This document shows, piece after piece, positions 26,830-40,851 of a DNA stretch of 64,000 nt; position 1 is the stretch's first letter; each line of letters starts with the position of its first letter. The DNA comes from Eledone cirrhosa (taxonomy: Eukaryota). Made by a program: the position numbers and the translations under genes. The notes beneath the pieces were generated by a model. The model was not told where the DNA came from. It ran no database searches and worked only from the letters and a program-made list of their open reading frames with translations. The DNA lies in assembly GCA_964016885.1 (NCBI GenBank), contig OZ024743.1, positions 40,610,001 to 40,674,000 on the forward strand, in the 5' to 3' direction.

Positions 26830-28590
26830 TAACAAAGGAATTGTGGTAAGGAACCAAATGGACCATAACGCACCAGAGTACTCAATACTTAGGGTAGTAG
26901 AGTGGGAAATAGGAAAAAGTATGACCCCGACGGCAGAGTTCAAGCCGTTTTGACGGCTATTTCTGGACTAATTTAGAATTTTTAGCCTGGTGAATAAATA
27001 GCAGAAAGTTTTCAAGGGGGTACTTCCTTATATGGGATGATTATAGTTGTCAGGAGGATTGGTTAACATTTGTTGTAAACACAAATAAGTCTATCATGAC
27101 ATTTGGTGTGAAGTAGGGGAGGCTGAACTTGCCTGTAGAACAATAGGGGAGTGAGTGGAGAGGTCAAGCATTGAAAGTGATATGTATACATCAGATTCTA
27201 AGGATAGTGTATGAAGTGGGGTAGGGTGGTTATAGAATAGGTAAATGGAAAGAGAGTAGGGGACGACAATAAAAGATACTAGAAAGAATTAAAAAAAATA
27301 TATATATATAAAATTAGATAGTGAGAAATGAATAAAGAAATCACAATGCTATCTTACAATTACAGGTTAATAAGTTGAGAATAGAAAAAACTTATAGAAA
27401 TTACAAAACAGATACAAACTTAAAGGGGTTTTAACACATCTGCTATAAGTAGTTAGTAAAACGTATTCGGCCAGTTCTATCTTAAAATAACAGGGGTGGG
27501 GGAACTGATGCTACAAGGCCCGATGGGCTGCATCGGGGTAGGTGAAAGGGGAAAGCAGACGAGGAAGAAAATAGGGGGTGGAAGGAAGTGATAGGTTGAG
27601 ACAGGGGGAAGAAGGAGACAAAGAGGAAAAGAGATACATTTACCTATGTAAGCTGGGGCTTCCCCTAACTTATTTGGCAAGTGTGTGTGTGTGTGTGGGG
27701 GGGGGTTATCAGCCCTTGTCTACCCACCCGGGTTGTTATAGGGTTTGAGGGCGAGGTAAGTCCTACGCAATCTTTGTTTGCATGCGGTTACCAGGTACCC
27801 TTTCTTGTTTAGGAGTTGGTCCTTCGAAAACAGCATTTGTAATGTTTCCTCCGAGCATAAGTTACACGGACGGCGTCCTCCCGTGTAAGAGTTAGTTCTG
27901 GACAGTAAGCTCGAAGTGAGATTGTAGGTTATATTGTTATCTTGGAGGTCCCAGATGTGACCCGAAAGTGTAGTGGCATGTCACCGAACCGGGTTTCGGA
28001 AAGTGTGTCGGTGTTGGTAGAACCGGGTCTTGAAGTCACACACGGTCAATCCTATATAAGCTTTGTTGGAGGTGTCCGTCCTCATGTTGCACTGGTATAT
28101 CACGTTACGTTCTCGGCATTTGTTGTTGAGGGGGCACGTGGATCTATCAGGGAAGTTACACCTCCTGGTCGGCTCTCCACTGATGTCTAGGTTATTTCTT
28201 CCATAGGGGTTGAGTTTTTTGTTGTTTGAGGAGACAACGTTTTGTACGAAGTTAGGTGTGGTACGGTAGGAGAGTTTGATAGTGTTTTTGTTTATTATGT
28301 TGTGGTAGTGGTGTTGTAGTGAGAAGTGTTTTTTGAGGAGTCTAAAGAAGATTTTCCCGATAGGTGTTGCCACCTCGTCATTGTGGGGAGGATTGAACCA
28401 TGTTACATTGCGTTAGCGGCGGTGTCGCCTGCTGGTTCCGCTAAGGGAAGCTGGATGAAAGGATATTTCCTCCCGGAAGCCACCCCGCTTGAGGGCCTGG
28501 TTGTTTATTCACCAGGCTAAAAATTCTAATTTAGTCCAGAAATAGCCGTCGAAACGGCTTGAGCTCTGCCGTCGGGGTCATGCTTTTTCA
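26830..28590 (-). mobile_element. PLE family B, 5'-truncated, with an inverted terminal copy (28503-28590 mirrors ~26913-26997)
   Basis: Minus strand RNVTWFNPPHNDEVATPIGKIFFRLLKKHF...CPLNNKC...VIYQC...YIGLT..FKTRFYQH...CNLCSEE...LLN (GIY-YIG), with an in-frame stop at 27981-27983. TA on both sides. Confidence 0.9.
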
Positions 28591-28929
28591 TATATATATA
28601 TATATATATATAACCCATGCTAGCGTGGAAGATGGACGTTAAACGAAGATGATGATGATGATGATATATATATGCATGTATATGCCTGTATGTATGTGGG
28701 ATTCTTCAGTATGTAATTTCTTTAGCATGGTTTACATATGCAATAATCATTCTCTTCTACTAAACCATAGTCTTTGTCTTTTTTTTAATGTTCTAGTATC
28801 CAATAATTGGCATTACACAACATTTTCTACTGATAGTATTCCGAGAGTGAAATTATTTTATTGATTTGCATTAATCAGGTAAGTGGCATATTTATTGATC
28901 ACATTTGGTACAGTATCTGTGATAATGTT

Positions 28930-29425
28930 GGCCATGTTGATACTGAGTATTGATTGGTTGGCCAGGTTGATACAGCATAATGATTGGTCAGTCAAGTTGT
29001 TACTGAATCGAGACTCGTTGGCTAAATTGATATTGAAAAATAAATGGTTAGCCAAGTTGATACTGAAATATGTTTCATACAATAAATTGATACTGAAACA
29101 TGATTGAACCAACAAATTGATACTGAAACCTGATTGAACCAACAAATTGATACTGAAACCTGATTGAACAAACAAATTGATACTGAAACATGATTGAACC
29201 AACAAATTGATACTGAAACCTGATTGGTCCAACAAATTGATACTGAAACCTGATTGGTCCAACAAATTGATACTGAAACCTGATTGGTCCAACAAATTGA
29301 TACTGAAACCTGATTGCTCCAACAAATTGATACTGAAACCTGATTGCTCCAACAAATTGATACTGAAACATGACTGGACCAACAAATTGATTCTGAAACA
29401 TGACTGGTTAGACAATTTATATTGA
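28930..29425. repeat. 30 bp minisatellite (aaattgatactgaaacctgattggtccaac), ~11 conserved units with degenerate flanks
   Basis: Direct head-to-tail periodicity, clearest at 29084-29410. Confidence 0.95.
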
Positions 29426-29929
29426 AATTTGATTGGTTAAACAAATTCATATAGAGTAATGGCTGGTTGGCCTAAGTTGATGTAGTGTTGTATGAGGATT
29501 GGTTACTATGGTAGAGGACCAGTGTTATGATTGGCCAAGTTTATGTAGACCCAGTGTTTTGATTTGCCTCAAATGTCAAGTTTAGTCTCATTATCCTTGT
29601 AATTGAGTACATCATTGTTATCATGATTTTCATAACAAACATCATGACCATCATAATCATGGTCCTTATTATTGTCATTATCATACCTATGTTCATCATC
29701 TATATACCTAACATAATAATCATTATCTCCATCATGACTCCCACTATCATCATCATTAACGCACAGGGATAATTGCTGGCCTTGAGCCAAAAGTAGAAAC
29801 AATTATTAATATCACCATGATATTTGTCTACAGTGACATCGATCATCACCAATAACAAACCATTAGCTCTTAATGTGGCAAATATAAAAATATTCTCGAT
29901 CAACAAACTCAGAAAATGTTTAAGGTATG

Positions 29930-30455
29930 GATGACTTAATGTAAATGTTTAAATCAACCATCAGACACCATATAAATGTTTATGTCATCTATCACACAGG
30001 TTATACATATTTAAGTCAGTCACTAGACATGATATAAATGGTTATGTAATCCATTAGATATAATATAGATGTAGAACTCAATCATTATATGTGGTATATT
30101 TCAGTCGTCCATGAGACATTGAGGCAAACACATCAAAAATTCTTGAGTCATCTTTTAGTGTAATATAAATTTTTAGTCTTTCATCCAACATGGTATAGAT
30201 ATTTTAGTCATCCATGAAATATGATATAAAATGTCAGATACCAGATATTGTATAAATATTTAAATCATCCATCAAACATGATATAATTATTTAAATCAGC
30301 CATCAGAAATGGTATATTTAAGTCATCCTTTAGAAATTATATAGAATATTTAAGTCAGCCATAAGGTATGGTATATTTAAACAAGCCACCAGACATGATA
30401 AACATGTTTATCTCAGCCATCAGATATGGCATATTTTTTATATCAGTCATTAGAC
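29930..30455. repeat. Degenerate ~30 bp tandem array (atttaagtcagccatcagatatggtat)
   Basis: Recurrent tttaagtca(g/t)cca...atatggtata motifs. Confidence 0.7.
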
Positions 30456-31409
30456 AAGATTAGTCTTGATAAGGAAATGGACCAAATGTTAATATTTGAA
30501 CCAAACAACATTTGTGCCATCACATAAGAACAGGACAATTATATGTAGAGTCCAGTAAATACATCTATTCTATAGTTATTTTTCTCATACTACACATATG
30601 GGTTGCATTTTTTCCCTTTTGATACTAACCCATCAGAAACCACGCCTCATTCAACGATACAAATGTGTATATTATGGTGTTTATATTTATATTAAAATAA
30701 TCCATCAGAATTATATTTTATGTTTCAAACACTGGCTCAATAAGGCAAGAGCTTGTTATATTACTAAATACCTCTAAATTCTGGATTATTTAATAGAATC
30801 TTTACCAATCATATGCATTGAATTTTAAATTAGAAATATGGTTAGAAAAGGGTGAAGGAGTTGAGTTTTGTGTGCCAGATCTGGGCTAACAAAAACAACA
30901 TAAAGTACTCAATACTTCAGTAAGTAGGATATGTTCTATCATTATTAGATTCTTGTTTCTTAGTCACCTAATAAAGAATATGTACACAAACATACACACA
31001 CACACACACACACACATATATGCATACACACGCACACACAGACATACATACACACACACCAACCAACCTACTATAGGTGTACCTGCATTCATATAGCTGC
31101 CATAGTATTATGTGCTTTTTTAGAATTCAGCTGTCAAATTTAATTTTGTTTTGTGCTGTTAAACAACATATTTTTAATTTATAACCTCATAGATATGTTA
31201 TTAATATAAATAAATATTTTGTTTTATTGAAATGATTGATAACTCTTCATTTATGGTGTTTTTGAATTAAAACCAACATTATCATTAGTGTTATTATTAT
31301 TATTGTTTATTTTATTATTCATTCTGGCATAAACCTCAGAAAAGAAGACATTGTGTATGTTACATCATGTATATATAGGGAGACAACAAATTTATGACGA
31401 TTGTTTCTA

Positions 31410-31591
<182 letters not shown>

Positions 31592-31910
31592 ATATATATA
31601 TACACATATATATATATATACACATATATATATATATACACATATATATATATATATACACACATATATTTATATATATATACACACATATATATATATA
31701 TATATACATATATATACACATATATATATATATATATGCATATATATATATACATATATATATATATACACATATAGAGTGGAGACCTAATTAATATAAT
31801 GACCTTCATTATATTGACTGTCAGTAAGTAATTAGCTGCTATGTGTTAGAGTATGTATGTACATTCTCATACAGACAATAAAGGCCATGTAGAACTGTGC
31901 ATATGTATGT

Positions 31911-31976
<66 letters not shown>

Positions 31977-32645
31977 TATGTATGTATATATGTTTGTGTG
32001 TGTGTGTGTGTGTGTTTCTATGTGTAGTGTGTCTGCGTGTGCATTTGTTCATAGATGTGCATGTATAATATATATATATATATACATGTATGTGTGTGTG
32101 TGTATATATATGTGTATACACACACTCTCTCTCATACAAATATATACAAATTGCTTTTAAATCTAGCGATTTTAGGAGCCCACAAAAGATGAAAAACTCA
32201 GTACTGATTATAGAGTAATTTTAATGGTCTTACAACATGACCACAATGTTTCTTTAACATTATCATCTGGGATATTTTTTGTTACGAAGTTTAGTGAACT
32301 CTAGTTTTGCTGAAACACCATAGCATGATATGGTAAGAAAATGAATAAAGCAACCTATAATTGTGTGTGTTGCTTGTTCATTGACAAATGCATGCTTTGA
32401 TGAAAACTAACTTTTAAAGTTGCTCTATATGCACTAGCAGGTTGCTTTTATTATAAAATCAATACACAGCATGCTTTCACAAAAGCATGCATATTTTCAT
32501 AGCAACAATATAAATATAAACATACATGCTTCATATATATACATCCTGTAAATTTACATGCTGAAATTATTATATACATAGATTTTAATTTGGTTATTTA
32601 TATTTTTTTAACCACTTATTTATCAACATTCATTTACCAACTAGG

Positions 32646-32750
<105 letters not shown>

Positions 32751-33289
32751 ATATATACGCAAATATGCATACAAGTACAGACGAAAAGCTTGAAATTTCT
32801 TCTACTGAATAATGCAATAAAAGTATTCTTTTCCAAGGTTTTTCAAACAGCGAGTCCCAAATTTGCTTTTAATTGCAGTGCACTTTTGAAGATATAAACA
32901 TATGTTATGTCCATAAAGTAAATATGAAAGTGTATTTATGTAGTTTGATCTATAAATCTATACCAAAAATCCTCAGATCAAATTGATCCTTATTTCATTT
33001 AACAAATTATGATATTACTTTATTCCACTAGTTAGGGCAAAATGCAATTCAACTACAGCATCTCAGACTGAAAATAGCTACTATGATTAGGATGTCCCAC
33101 TTAGCACAATGAAACAAACCATTCAAATTCCGTGAACTCTTTCATATACTTAGGAAATAACATCATATCAAAAGAAAAGGATGTAATATCTCATCTTACA
33201 AAAGCTAGTCATATTAGAAGTTATGACTATCAAATTATCTAAGAAACAGCTTGTTATGTACTACTATTAAATTTATATCATCTGTATCC

Positions 33290-33655
33290 AAAACCTGGAA
33301 GGTTGGTGTGATGGTGTTTACACCCCACATGTTATGGGACACTCTAAATGTCTACTGGAAGGAACCTCCAGCCAAATGAAGACAATATGGGAATCGTTTT
33401 GAATTACCTTTGTCATGAGAAAGAGATACTCATGCATTGCAGGACATTGCTGGAAAGCTAAGTAATGCACATTAGGAATATACTTTTGCGGACACTACAA
33501 CGTAGATATCAATTGGTTAGCTATCCAGCAAAACCCTTTATTGATCAGCTGAATATGGACACTAGATATTGCCTTGCTGACCTTCCACATGCTATGTAGG
33601 ATCAGGATGTGTTTAGTGATTGAGTTACAAACCCAAGTATGCTGGACCATGTTTG
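33290..33655 (+). mobile_element. Decayed RTE LINE C-terminal fragment
   Basis: DGVYTPHV...LNVYWKEPP...IAGHCWKA...KPFIDQLNMDT motifs. Confidence 0.6.
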
Positions 33656-35476
33656 ATAAATTAAAAAAAAAAAAAAAAATGTACAAATTATTATAACTGA
33701 ATATTTTTATATTGTGTACATTGTATCAAAGCTGTTTTATGTAATAGAAACAATAAAAATAACTGTTAGGTTATTTTTTATTTCAAAGACATTTGGTATT
33801 AATGGACACACCTTCCCCCACTTTTTGTCTGTCAAATTGATGATTTACTGTATGCATAATTTCAATTACAGAAAATTAGATACTTACCTATTCAATAGAT
33901 GAGTGCATTTATTATGGTTTTATATTCTATCCCAAATCCAGAAGCTTGTCAAGGAAGAGCATGTCTCTTGGTGTTATGCAACTGGGAGTATAACATTCCC
34001 TGCCGAATAGGATGCCAATCCTTCACAGGGTTAATCTTCACAGCTGAGTAGATTACAGCAACGTGCAATAAATTGCCTTGCTGAAGGTCACAACATACTA
34101 CATGATTCAGGACTCAAACCTATGGCATTATGATTGTGAACCAATTACCTAACCGCTAGAAATTCTATTTACATATGTTAGCCTATAAATATGAATAATT
34201 TAAACAACAGAAAACTGTTAATACAGTTTAATAGATAAAGCATAGTTATTAAGATTATATATTGAGAATATGTTTTTATTCCTTTAAATATTTTTCAAAT
34301 CGTATTGAAAGTAATGAATAATTTCAAGGTATTTAATAACATAATTAAGTTTCTTTATTAATCTGTTGTTTGAAACATAAGTTAACAAATGTTCTTACAT
34401 AAAATTATGTTGAAAGTTATTTTTAGATAAATATAAACAGTTTGTATTCGAGAACCAAGTGTGATTTTGTGTGGTTTTGTAGCAAAAGGGTTACATATTT
34501 TAGCCTAAATGTAATCAATGATTTAAACTACAAAAATTATATAAGAATTTGTAGCATAATTTTACCAGTAGTAACAAAAAAATGTTTTGATTTTGGGGGG
34601 AATATTTTTTTACATTGTTTAAAATATAGTTTTATAAATTTTAGCAGCATAGGTAGTTGCTCTTTGCAACACACCAGCATTCCTGTAGCATGGAGCACTA
34701 TTTGGGAACCACTGTATTAAAACATGTTAGTATAAACCTACATTTTAGCTGCATTTGTATACATAGCTGCTGTATTGGGTATATATGAAAGGTTAGATTG
34801 GTACATATATGTTTAATATAACAAATTAGGAGTCATGATCAGACACACTGGAATAAGCCTGGCAAGTTCCCGGCAAGTAAAATATTATTCTCTTTTTTTT
34901 ACTCTTTCACTGATTTCAATCATTAGGATGCAACAATGCTGGGACACTGCATTGAAGGGATTTAGTCGATCATATCAACCCCAGTACTTATGTTACCAAT
35001 TAAATATAGTATAGAAACAGTAAAATATACACAGACATATACACACACACACGCTCATAGTTATGTGTACATATATATATATATATACAAACACATATAT
35101 ATATGAAATATATATATACAAACACATATATATATGTGATATATATTTATATATACATACACATTCACACACATTGTCCATCATTTTAAAGTGCTGGTAT
35201 CATACTAAAATGCTCCCAGTACCTGCTGTAAAGAAGTTGGCATTAGGAAGGGCATCCAGCTGATAAAAGCAATCCAATATGAAGTGGACAAGCTGGACCT
35301 GGTTACCTGACCTATCTTCCCTCAGCAGACAATAACCCATCTGACATATGGAAAATTGACATTAAACAATGATGATGATGATGGTGACACACATAATCGA
35401 TATATGTACACTATTCCTTGCTTGCATGGACTGGACGTGTATGTATTTTATTTTGAAGTGTTTTGTGTATATGATA

Positions 35477-35510
<34 letters not shown>

Positions 35511-35538
35511 GTGGTTACACAACAGTTAGTTCATCATA

Positions 35539-35578
35539 CCGAGAACAATTGTTTCACCTTCGCGGATCTTCAGCACGG
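35539..35578 (-). ncRNA. Type I minimal hammerhead-like motif
   Basis: CCGTG-CTGAAGA-TCC GCGAA GGT-GAAA-CAATTG-TT-CTCGG with palindromic stem III, in the TA-flanked fragment 35507-35638. Confidence 0.6.
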
Positions 35579-35662
35579 GATGTCCCTTGGATTCAGTGCT
35601 CTACCACTACGGATATTACCTTCCAGTGTTCCACCACTATATATATATATATATATATATAT

Positions 35663-35844
35663 CAAAATAACAGATTAAAATTTAAGCAAAGAATCGCTGC
35701 TTTCAAAGGGTGAAAGCAGCGATTCTTTGCTTAAACTTTAATCTGTTATTTTAATAAATATTTGCTCTACGGTTTTTATATATTTGATATATATTTATCC
35801 TTATCGAGCCCTCTTTGGATTTTAGTCTTAAAATTTATTATTAT

Positions 35845-35849
<5 letters not shown>
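35663..35849 (+). mobile_element. PLE-type family C short hairpin insertion plus tail
   Basis: aaaataacagattaaaatttaagcaaagaatcgctgctttca / tgaaagcagcgattctttgcttaaactttaatctgttatttt; the right part is the reverse complement of 63016-63158. Confidence 0.75.
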
Positions 35850-35899
<50 letters not shown>

Positions 35900-36978
35900 C
35901 AAAAATATGTATGACAAATTTCCTTACAATCTTAGATCACTGCATTTTACTCAAGCTAAGAATATAGTGACAAATATTTGTCTAAATGTGCTGTACAATG
36001 GTCATACCTGGAAACACGTTGTTGTGAGTGCTTCTTCTCAACCCCATGGCCATGCCTGCACCCTTCTCACAAGAATATTCACCTTATGGTGCCCTTACTC
36101 TATATTTTTGTTGTGTTTTCATATAAACATTTTTTATTCATTTCCATAAATATCTTATGATATCTCTTATAACTTACATAGACTACATTGTCTTTACCAA
36201 AGTTTGTTTGGCTAAAAGTTTATCTTCAATGGTTATCGAAATGAATGTTGATTCTATCACTTAACAACATATGGCAAAGAAACCAGCTTTGTGTGGGTAT
36301 CAAATTCTGCTGGAAAAATCTATTTTCTCTCAAACTTGGCAGTTACATTTCATCACCTAACTTAGAGAAAGTTTTAAATATATTCCCATACGACATCAAC
36401 ATTCACAGGTATATTTTCCTAAATCCCCAGTAGAATTCTAACCTCAAATCCAAAATATATATTTTTAGTAAACATTATAAATCTTTCTTTATTATTATTT
36501 TCATTATTATTTATTTTCACAGTATTTCCAGAAAAATACAACCAACTTAAACAATTTTTTTAGCTTTTGTTTATAAATATTTATTGATTATTTTTAAAAA
36601 TTATTTTTTCAAAATTTATTTTTGACTTCGCAGAAATAATCTATATTCTATCGTACAAGACGTATTGGTAGGAAATACCATTCTCAATTGTGACTTTTTT
36701 TTCATATGTTTCTTCTTAAATGATGTAAGATTATTTTTAGAAGTCTTGCTTCTTTATTTTTCATTCTTCTCTCAAACCTGTCCAAAATAGATTTGATGCC
36801 AGCATTTTGTACATATATTTGAGAAAGAAATTTAACACTTCATGTGGAATAAATAGGGATTTCAGAAAAAACTACCCCTGTTCTATCTAAGGCTCTAGTA
36901 GCATTTATTATGTAGTGGGGTTCAAAAGTACTCAGAATATATTAGAGACCATTTATTTGGATAACTTCATGACAAAAC

Positions 36979-37119
36979 CTTTTCCATAACAATGGAATGG
37001 AATAAACTTTTGTCAGTTTTGGCAATGTGTATTCAGGTTGTTCTTCCAAATGGCCAGCGAATCTTTTTAAGTTGCTGACCATTTCACATGTAGTCTTTAA
37101 ACCTTTTAATATCATATTT
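36979..37119 (-). CDS. Weak candidate internal exon (141 nt, phase 2-2)
   Basis: Acceptor tgtctttgtttag, open frame NMILKGLKTTCEMVSNLKRFAGHLEEQPEYTLPKLTKVYSIPLLWK and a weak donor AG|gttttg. Confidence 0.2.
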
Positions 37120-39144
37120 CTAAACAAAGACACTGTTGTTGATTTTCAAATAACTTTTAAAATATTGAAACATTTGGATGGATTTAATAAAATAGCTAAC
37201 TTACTCCTTATTAAGTTAGTGTTTGGAATATAACCTAAGGAATGTTCTTATACAAAATTATAATGGAAGGTTATGATATAAATTTAAACACTTTCAAGCT
37301 TGTATCATAAATCCAGGGGCAATGTTGGGTGGTTAGGAATAGAAAGTGTTAATGTAATTCACAAAAGAAGTGTGTGTCATGGCTAGCCCTTTGAATGAAG
37401 GGTATAGTTAATTTAACAGGCTTATAAACATTTTCCATTTAACCAATTTCTTTCAAGGCCACAGTCCAGTTGTGGCTACCATAAATGTCACTTGTTGAAA
37501 AGGGTACACAATAGGACCAACCTTATGACTGCAAAGCAAGCTTCTCAACCAATTGGGCATGCTGCATCCATCCATAAATTAACCATCCCTAAAATTCCAC
37601 AGACACATAGGACTTTCAGCATAATTCTAAAGCCTACTCTTTGAATTACGGGTACAATGCATGTGACAAACTTCTACACAGTTTCCATTACTCAATTTTA
37701 CTAAAATGGCCTGGATCAAGCCTAAATCAATGCCAAAATAGAGTCACTTAGCCAAGTGCTCAATCATGGGAACTCATAATTGCAAAGCAAAGAAACTAAC
37801 CACACAGTCATGCTTTATAAATAGGGCTTCCATGCATTTTCTGCCAACCCAAATCCACACACTATGTATTGGCCAAACTGAGGCAACATATAATAAAATA
37901 CTTGCTCAAGGTATTGTGCTTTATGATTGAACAACAAATATCCAGGTGTAAAGCAATCATTTAACCACACAGCTATTCTTGCAACTGTTGTAATTAAACG
38001 TAACATTTATTTAATGAACTATTTAATGGCATAGCTTTAAATTTAGATTTTACAAGGTAATATGTGATAATTAATATCTTTATATAATCAGATTCTTCTT
38101 TCTCGTAATGAATCGACTAATTAATTATGAAGTGAAATGAAATGAATTATTAATATTGTCATTTATTTTTATTTGCAACCTAATTGACTGTTCCAGTTTT
38201 TGATGTTGCTCATGTTACCTTTTAGCCTCAAGTCAATCTTGATCAAATGTAACTTAACTGTGATTAACATGTTGTGTTATAATCTAGAGACAGTTGTAGG
38301 GTCACCGTTGTGACATTTTAATTTAGTGAAGCCTACCCTTTTACAAATCAAAAATAGCCAATTTCTTCCAGAAAAAGTGAATGAGCAATAGAAAAAGAGA
38401 CATAATGGAAGAATGGAATCTAGTACTAGACTTATGTTATATTTACCTACCTGAAAAAGATGAAAATGCAAAATTGAGTTTGGCAGGATTTCAACTCAGT
38501 GCAAAGAGCTGGACCAAACACCACAAAGCATTCCATGTAAAATCAAGCAACTTTGCAAATTTTCACAGTGATATATCTAGGTCTACATTATCCAATATAT
38601 CTTTGCCTTAATTACTGGTAGAGTCTGATTTTGAGGGGATGTGGCAAATATTTCTAGTAGGTAGGGAGACCTCATAGAGACCCGCTTATTGTCTTCATAA
38701 CCTTCTAGTGTCTATTCCAAGTTATACTTCGATATATATATTTTCTTTTTGGCCCAGTTGCTTCTAATGGAAAATTATGGGGAGATGAAGCTAGTGATAT
38801 GCCGTAAGACAAGTGATCAGTAGTAATGTCTGGATGTAAGTGAAGAATATATATATGACCTAACATCAATGATTTAAGAAGGTACTTGCACTGGATCTGT
38901 CAATGAAATTCATATTTTTCAATGAACCAATAAACCAATATTGAAGTGACATTGGGTCCTTCAAAGACTTAACTTCCAAGGCTTTTTTAATATAATAACA
39001 AAGTATTTGCTAGAAATTTAGGGTCATCAACAATTGACTGAGGGGAGTAAATAGATAAAGGAAAGTAACCTACACACTTATATATGTGTATATGTATATA
39101 TATACCCCGCCCCCTCACACAATTATATACACATATATATATAC

Positions 39145-39179
<35 letters not shown>

Positions 39180-39889
39180 AACCAAGTTAGACATTGTTTA
39201 AATCAAGTTATTTGGGTGATATTTAGATAGATTAGATTAGATAAGAATCAATATTTCACTGTGTTGAAAACGGGGTTTACTAAAATGTTATTTATAACAT
39301 TTTGTTGTATGATTACAATTTTTTTCTTGATCACTATCAACTTCCTCCTTATCTTTTTTTCCTTATCTTTTCCTCCTTCTCATCAACCTACTCCACCTCC
39401 AGTACCATTCCCCTCTTTTGCCTTTCATTCACTACTTCCTCTCTTTATATAATTCCATGTATCTTTGTAACTGTGTGCATAGAATTGTTTCTTCATTCAG
39501 TAACCACAACTGAACCCGACTATTTAATATTTTTTCTCTATATGTCTCACTTGAGTAGTAAATTGGTAGTGTCATTAGGACATTGGATTAAACACCTTGC
39601 TATTTGTTCTTGTTTAATGCTCTCTGATTTCAAAACTTGCTAAATCAAATTTGCCTTTCATTATTTCAGGCTCGATAAATTAAGTACCAGTCCAATAGGG
39701 CTGGATTAGTGGAATTGTTGAAGTGTCCAGTGAGAGGCTTTGTGGTATCTGTTAAGGCTCTGTGCTATAAGGAATTGTGACCAGTAGATAGAAACAGAAA
39801 TGGAAAGTCCAATGAAAATGAAAACACCAATCTCTCCTGATATTTGTCAACACTTTGAACTACTTCTATCATGTAATTTGACACACACA

Positions 39890-39959
<70 letters not shown>

Positions 39960-39963
<4 letters not shown>

Positions 39964-40163
39964 GGAGGAAATGTGGTAAGGAACCAGGTGGAGGCCATAA
40001 CGCACCAAAGTACTCAATACTTAGGGTAGTAGAGTGGGTAATAGGAACGAGTAGGACCCCGACGGCTGAGCTCAAGCCGTTTTGACGGCTAATTCTGGAC
40101 TAAATTTAGTTCAGAATTAGCCGTCGAAACGGCTTGAGCTCAGCTGTCGGGGTCCTAATCGTT

Positions 40164-40168
<5 letters not shown>
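39960..40168 (-). mobile_element. PLE family B hairpin insertion (tail 39960-40040; arms ~40041-40103 and ~40106-40168)
   Basis: ataggaacga.taggaccccgac.gctgagctcaagccgttt... is mirrored on the right; TA-flanked. Confidence 0.85.
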
Positions 40169-40237
<69 letters not shown>

Positions 40238-40673
40238 AGTTTATGTACTGTTAAGTGATTGAGAGTACAAGGCTCCTCAATGCAGAGGGTGACAGTCCAT
40301 TGACTGGTTAAACCCCCTGATAATGCTAGTACTTATTTTTAGCTGCGGATAATGGAGCAACATAAAATGAATTGTTTTGCTCAAAAACACAACACACAAT
40401 GCAATCCAGTAACCAAATCTACATCTATATGATTATAAGTCCAGCATCATTACTACTAGGCTAAGTTCTTCCACATTACACACACACACACACCTAATAT
40501 TCCCCTCCATACACATGCACACATGTATATCATGAATCGTACACTATTCACTTCCTTGACATTTGTATATTATTCTATGTACTATACATGAACCTTTGAT
40601 GAGTTGTAGTGCACCTGAGCACTGTACACAATAATTTCATTATTATTATTATACATTATATATATATATATAT

Positions 40674-40792
40674 AATTGTTTCTACTTTTTGGCACAAGGC
40701 CAGCAATTACCCAGTGCATTTCTGCTACTTTGTTTTATCGACCCCCATAAGGATGAAAGGTAAAGTTAACCTCGGCGGGATTTGAACTCAGG
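40674..40792 (-). mobile_element. SINE family 2 fragment
   Basis: Matches 45638-45750. Confidence 0.8.
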
Positions 40793-40796
40793 CAAA

Positions 40797-40849
<53 letters not shown>

Positions 40850-40851
<2 letters not shown>

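Noticed and set aside
29084-29410. 30 bp repeats as a CRISPR array
   Set aside because: Units are head-to-tail with no unique spacers, there are no cas genes, and the context is eukaryotic.
29569-29802. Asp-rich ORF
   Set aside because: It is a degenerate (ATC)n tract adjoining a SINE family 2 tail remnant at ~29765-29805.
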